Positions 60,635 to 64,000 of a stretch of DNA of 64,000 nt are shown in pieces (positions within the stretch are counted from its first letter, which is position 1; every line of letters begins with the position of its first letter). The notes under the pieces were generated by a model that was not told the origin of the DNA, did not search any database, and worked only from the letters and a program-made list of their open reading frames with translations. The stretch spans positions 6,882,001-6,946,000 of the forward strand of contig CM102286.1 of NCBI GenBank assembly GCA_046563655.1, in the 5' to 3' direction. Origin of the DNA: Yuukianura sp. NJ FZ-2021 (taxonomy: Eukaryota). A program made the translations under genes and the position numbers.

Positions 60635-63537
60635 ATGGAAATGGTAACGGAAAAGAGAAACCGATATTTTATGGAAATAGGGTTATTTGTGTTGGGGGTG
60701 ACTTCTGTCTTTCCAACCCTCTTTGGACAGTTTATTTTTGATGATGGTGAAGCCATTCTTAACAACGAAGATGTTACTGGAAGATCCAGCAGAACTGGTA
60801 CAGAAAACAGCTTAACGCAAATATTTTGGCATGATTTTTGGGGGTCAAGTATCGATCACAACAATTCGCACAAATCATATCGACCTTTGACCACTCTAAC
60901 TTACAGGTAAACGTGAGTTTTGGCATTGCATGCACAACTCGCTGGAAACTAAACCATTATATGCGATTTTTTTAATCAACTTATTTTTTTTTTAATTTTT
61001 AGGTTAGATTTCTGCCTTTGGGGAAAGAATCCATTTCCGTTTCACTTTATTAATTGGATTCTTCATGGAATTAATTGTATTCTGGTCTTCCACTTTCTTC
61101 GTTCGTGCTTGGCGTATGCAGGGAATACTGCAGCGTCTACTGGCAGTACTTTGTCCAAAGTAGAAGAAAATGTAATTAGTTGGGCTTCCGTTCTGTTCTC
61201 AGTGCACCCCATCCATGTAGAACCATTAGGTGGAATCGTAGGCAGAGCTGACCTGTTGTCATCATTTGTCTTCTTAACTGGATTTATTTTAGTATCGCCG
61301 CTGGAACCGTCGCAAGTAAAGCCTTACATCATGATCTCAGTTATTGGTATTTTCGGATCTTTATTCAAAGAAAACTGTGTTGTACTAGTGGTAAGACATT
61401 TTACTCATAAACGTAATCCACCGATCAAGACGTGCATAAAACAAAATTTTAACCTTTGACCTAGAAGGAATTACATTTTACAGAATCACCTTTGAACTTG
61501 CTGATGTGTCAAACAAATGACTTTAGCAAGTTTAACTTTTTTGTTAGGTATTCTATCTTGCCTGGCTTCAGTTTTGCGGAAAGTATCACGCGTCCAATAC
61601 TAGTCGTCACCTTAAAAACTATTTTCTTGCAATTTTGGTAACGTCCATATTTATTGCCTGGAGACTATGGTTTCAAAATGGACCTCCCGTTTTTCAAAAT
61701 TTTGACAACCCACCGGCATTTGCGGAATCATGGTTTTCAAAGGTAATTGCAAAATACGGCTTTTTTGATGAATGAATTTTCATTAATTTAAACAAAATTA
61801 AAGTTTCACTTTTCATTGACAGGTTTTCAGTATTGCCTACATTTGGATTTTGAATGTGTGGATCCTACTAAATCCTACTTGGCTGTGTTTCGACTGGTCA
61901 ATGGGGTGCATCAGCTTAGTAGAGTCCAAATCCGATCCGAGATTTTTTCTTGTGATTGGTTTTACAATTGCTGCGATTCATATAACGATCATTGGATTCA
62001 AGTCGAGGTGAGCCTGTAGTGCGTCACAAACAGTTTCCATAATTTTTGATATGATATGCATGAGTAGATGAGTTTTGTGCCTTCATATTAATTAATACAA
62101 ACATTCTTTACCCGGCAATTCACGACGCTTTGTGTTTTCTTTTTAGCTGGAATCGAATCCTACGTGTTGGTCTTCTGATTGGAGTTGTAACGTTTCTGCC
62201 ATCTTCCAATCTGGTATTCGCCGTCGGGTTTGTCATTGCCGAGCGAAATCTTTATCTTCCGTCCGTTGGATTTTGCCTTGTGAGCAGCTATGCTGTCTTA
62301 AAATTTTCAAAGGGGAAAGCCCTTCTGACCTTCATCGCTGTCATGTTTTACGCAAGGTCAATTCATCGATCAATCGATTGGGTTAACGCAGAAAAACTGT
62401 TCCAATCCGCCCAGAATGTGAGTATGAAAACTGTCATAGGCAGTTTGAGAAAACTTTAACAAATGTGACAATTATCAATTTTAACTTTCTAATCACACAG
62501 GTTTGTCCAAATAATGCAAAAGTGCATTACAACATTGGTGCTGTACACGCGGAAACTGGAAATTTTGAGTCTGCAATGACGTCATATCGGCACGCCATTC
62601 AACTGAAACCGGACTACTATCAAGCCATGAACAACTTGGGAAATATTTTGCGTTCCCGAGATGAACTGACAGAGTCAGAATTCTGGCTTCGGAAGGCGGT
62701 GCTTATCAAGTAACTACATTCCGAAAAATTTACTTTTGCACTTAAGTTTTAAAACTTAATAGAATTTTTGAGTAACACTCATGTTATACAGAGATGACTT
62801 CGCAGCGGCCTGGATGAACTTGGGCATCGTAATGAGTAAAAAGAACGCTTCCGAAGCCATGGAGTGCTACAAAACGGCAGTAAAACATCGCCACTTCTAT
62901 CCAGACTGCTATTACAACATTGGCAACTTGGTAAACTCCTTTTTCTCCAATCTTTATAAAAACTATTTTCTAATTCTTCATTTTTATGTTTTGCAATAGT
63001 ACAGTATTTGGAAAGAAAGGACTATTCTAAAGCATTACAGTCCTGGATTCAGGTTACAATTATGCAGCCTTCGCATGTTCAGTCGTGGCTGAATATCATT
63101 ATTCTTCTTGAGCAACAAAGACGCTTTCACGAAGCAAAGCAGTACGGTGAAAAAGCACTAAAGGCAATTGGATTCGAAGAAGACACACTCCAGTTTTTAC
63201 TGGGAAATATTCATGGGCAACTGGAAGAGTACCAGGTAGCTGAGGAATTTTTCCTGAAAGCCATCAAACGATCTGAAAAGTCGACTCCAGCCAAGTATTG
63301 GTCCAATTTGGGTAAGTCATTACCTTTTAGTTTTCGCTGTGTAATTCTTTATGAATGTGAAATTGTGAAATGTGTGATTTTAAGTCATTTTACGTTTTAG
63401 GTGTACTTTACCATCGCTGGGGAAAACTGGGCGATGCTCGTAAATGCTACGAAAAAGCATTAGAGATTCAACCGAATCTGGAATCTGCACGTAGCAATTT
63501 ATTGCGTCTAAAAAATTTAGAATCAAGGCAAAGCTGA
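60635..63537 (+). CDS. TMTC4: Protein O-mannosyltransferase TMTC4-like (TM + TPR), multi-exon
   Basis: FIFDDGEAILNNEDV, HDFWG...SHKSYRPLTTLTYR, HPIHVEPLGGIVGRADL, LCFDWSMG and GFVIAERNLYLPS. TPRs NNAKVHYNIG, AAAWMNLGIV and NLGVLYHRWGK. Confidence 0.92.
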
Positions 63538-64000
63538 CGAAAAGAAAATGATGTTGTATTTTAGAAAACTACGGCGTGTGATCCATCTCCGGCGGTTTTC
63601 TGACAAACACTGTCAAGAAAATCCTTTACAAGTCTGCACCACCGCTGAAGATATTTATGTTAAAAGCTTTTTTTTTACTGCTTCAGCTTTGCACCAATCC
63701 ATTTTAAAATTTTGTTGTATGGACAAATTTTACACTAACTATAAAATAGAGAATTAATTTATAAAAGTAGCTACCATTTAAAACCCTCATGCAGCAAACT
63801 CCTATGGAACATTTTCTATACATTGAATGGAAAGGTCAAGTTGCAAACACTGAGGCACTATTAATTCAGTTAAGGAAGGTGTAGTTTAGTAAAGGAATGT
63901 GAGTATATGTTAGATTGAGCTCCACAGCATTAACAACAACTAAAAGAGTACTTTCAAAAGGAAGATCGGTTTTAGTTCGGACTCTGGAAAAAATTTAAAG

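Overview
This is eukaryotic, AT-rich, intron-dense DNA with mostly 60-100 nt GT-AG introns, consistent with a compact arthropod-type genome. Spliced genes reconstructed by hand, in order: G-protein beta-5 (-), an SLC16/MCT transporter (+), an ABCC4/MRP4-like transporter (+), a Cys-rich orphan gene (+), a neuropeptide precursor (+; 229 aa, 6 coding exons, mostly missed by the ORF track), Rab18 (+), Sec23 (-), a shortened PPP1R21 (+), a sigma-class GST (+), PRPF39 (-), a secreted single-Kazal protein (-; missed by the ORF track), a divergent SLC1/EAAT transporter (+) and TMTC4 (+). Mobile DNA comprises a young, 5'-truncated CRE-like RLE non-LTR retrotransposon with poly(A) and target-site duplication (TSD), several hAT- and Tc1-type MITEs (some nested) and a 1.5-kb foldback palindrome. 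The highlight is the neuropeptide precursor, which carries four non-amidated paracopies with a GF-x4-F-x3-FG-x-F core. Also notable are an EAAT lacking the proton-acceptor Glu, a Rab18 with Q-to-S in switch II, a candidate poison exon in PRPF39 and a duplicated non-coding block flanking the neuropeptide promoter. All homology calls come from motif recognition, not database searches.
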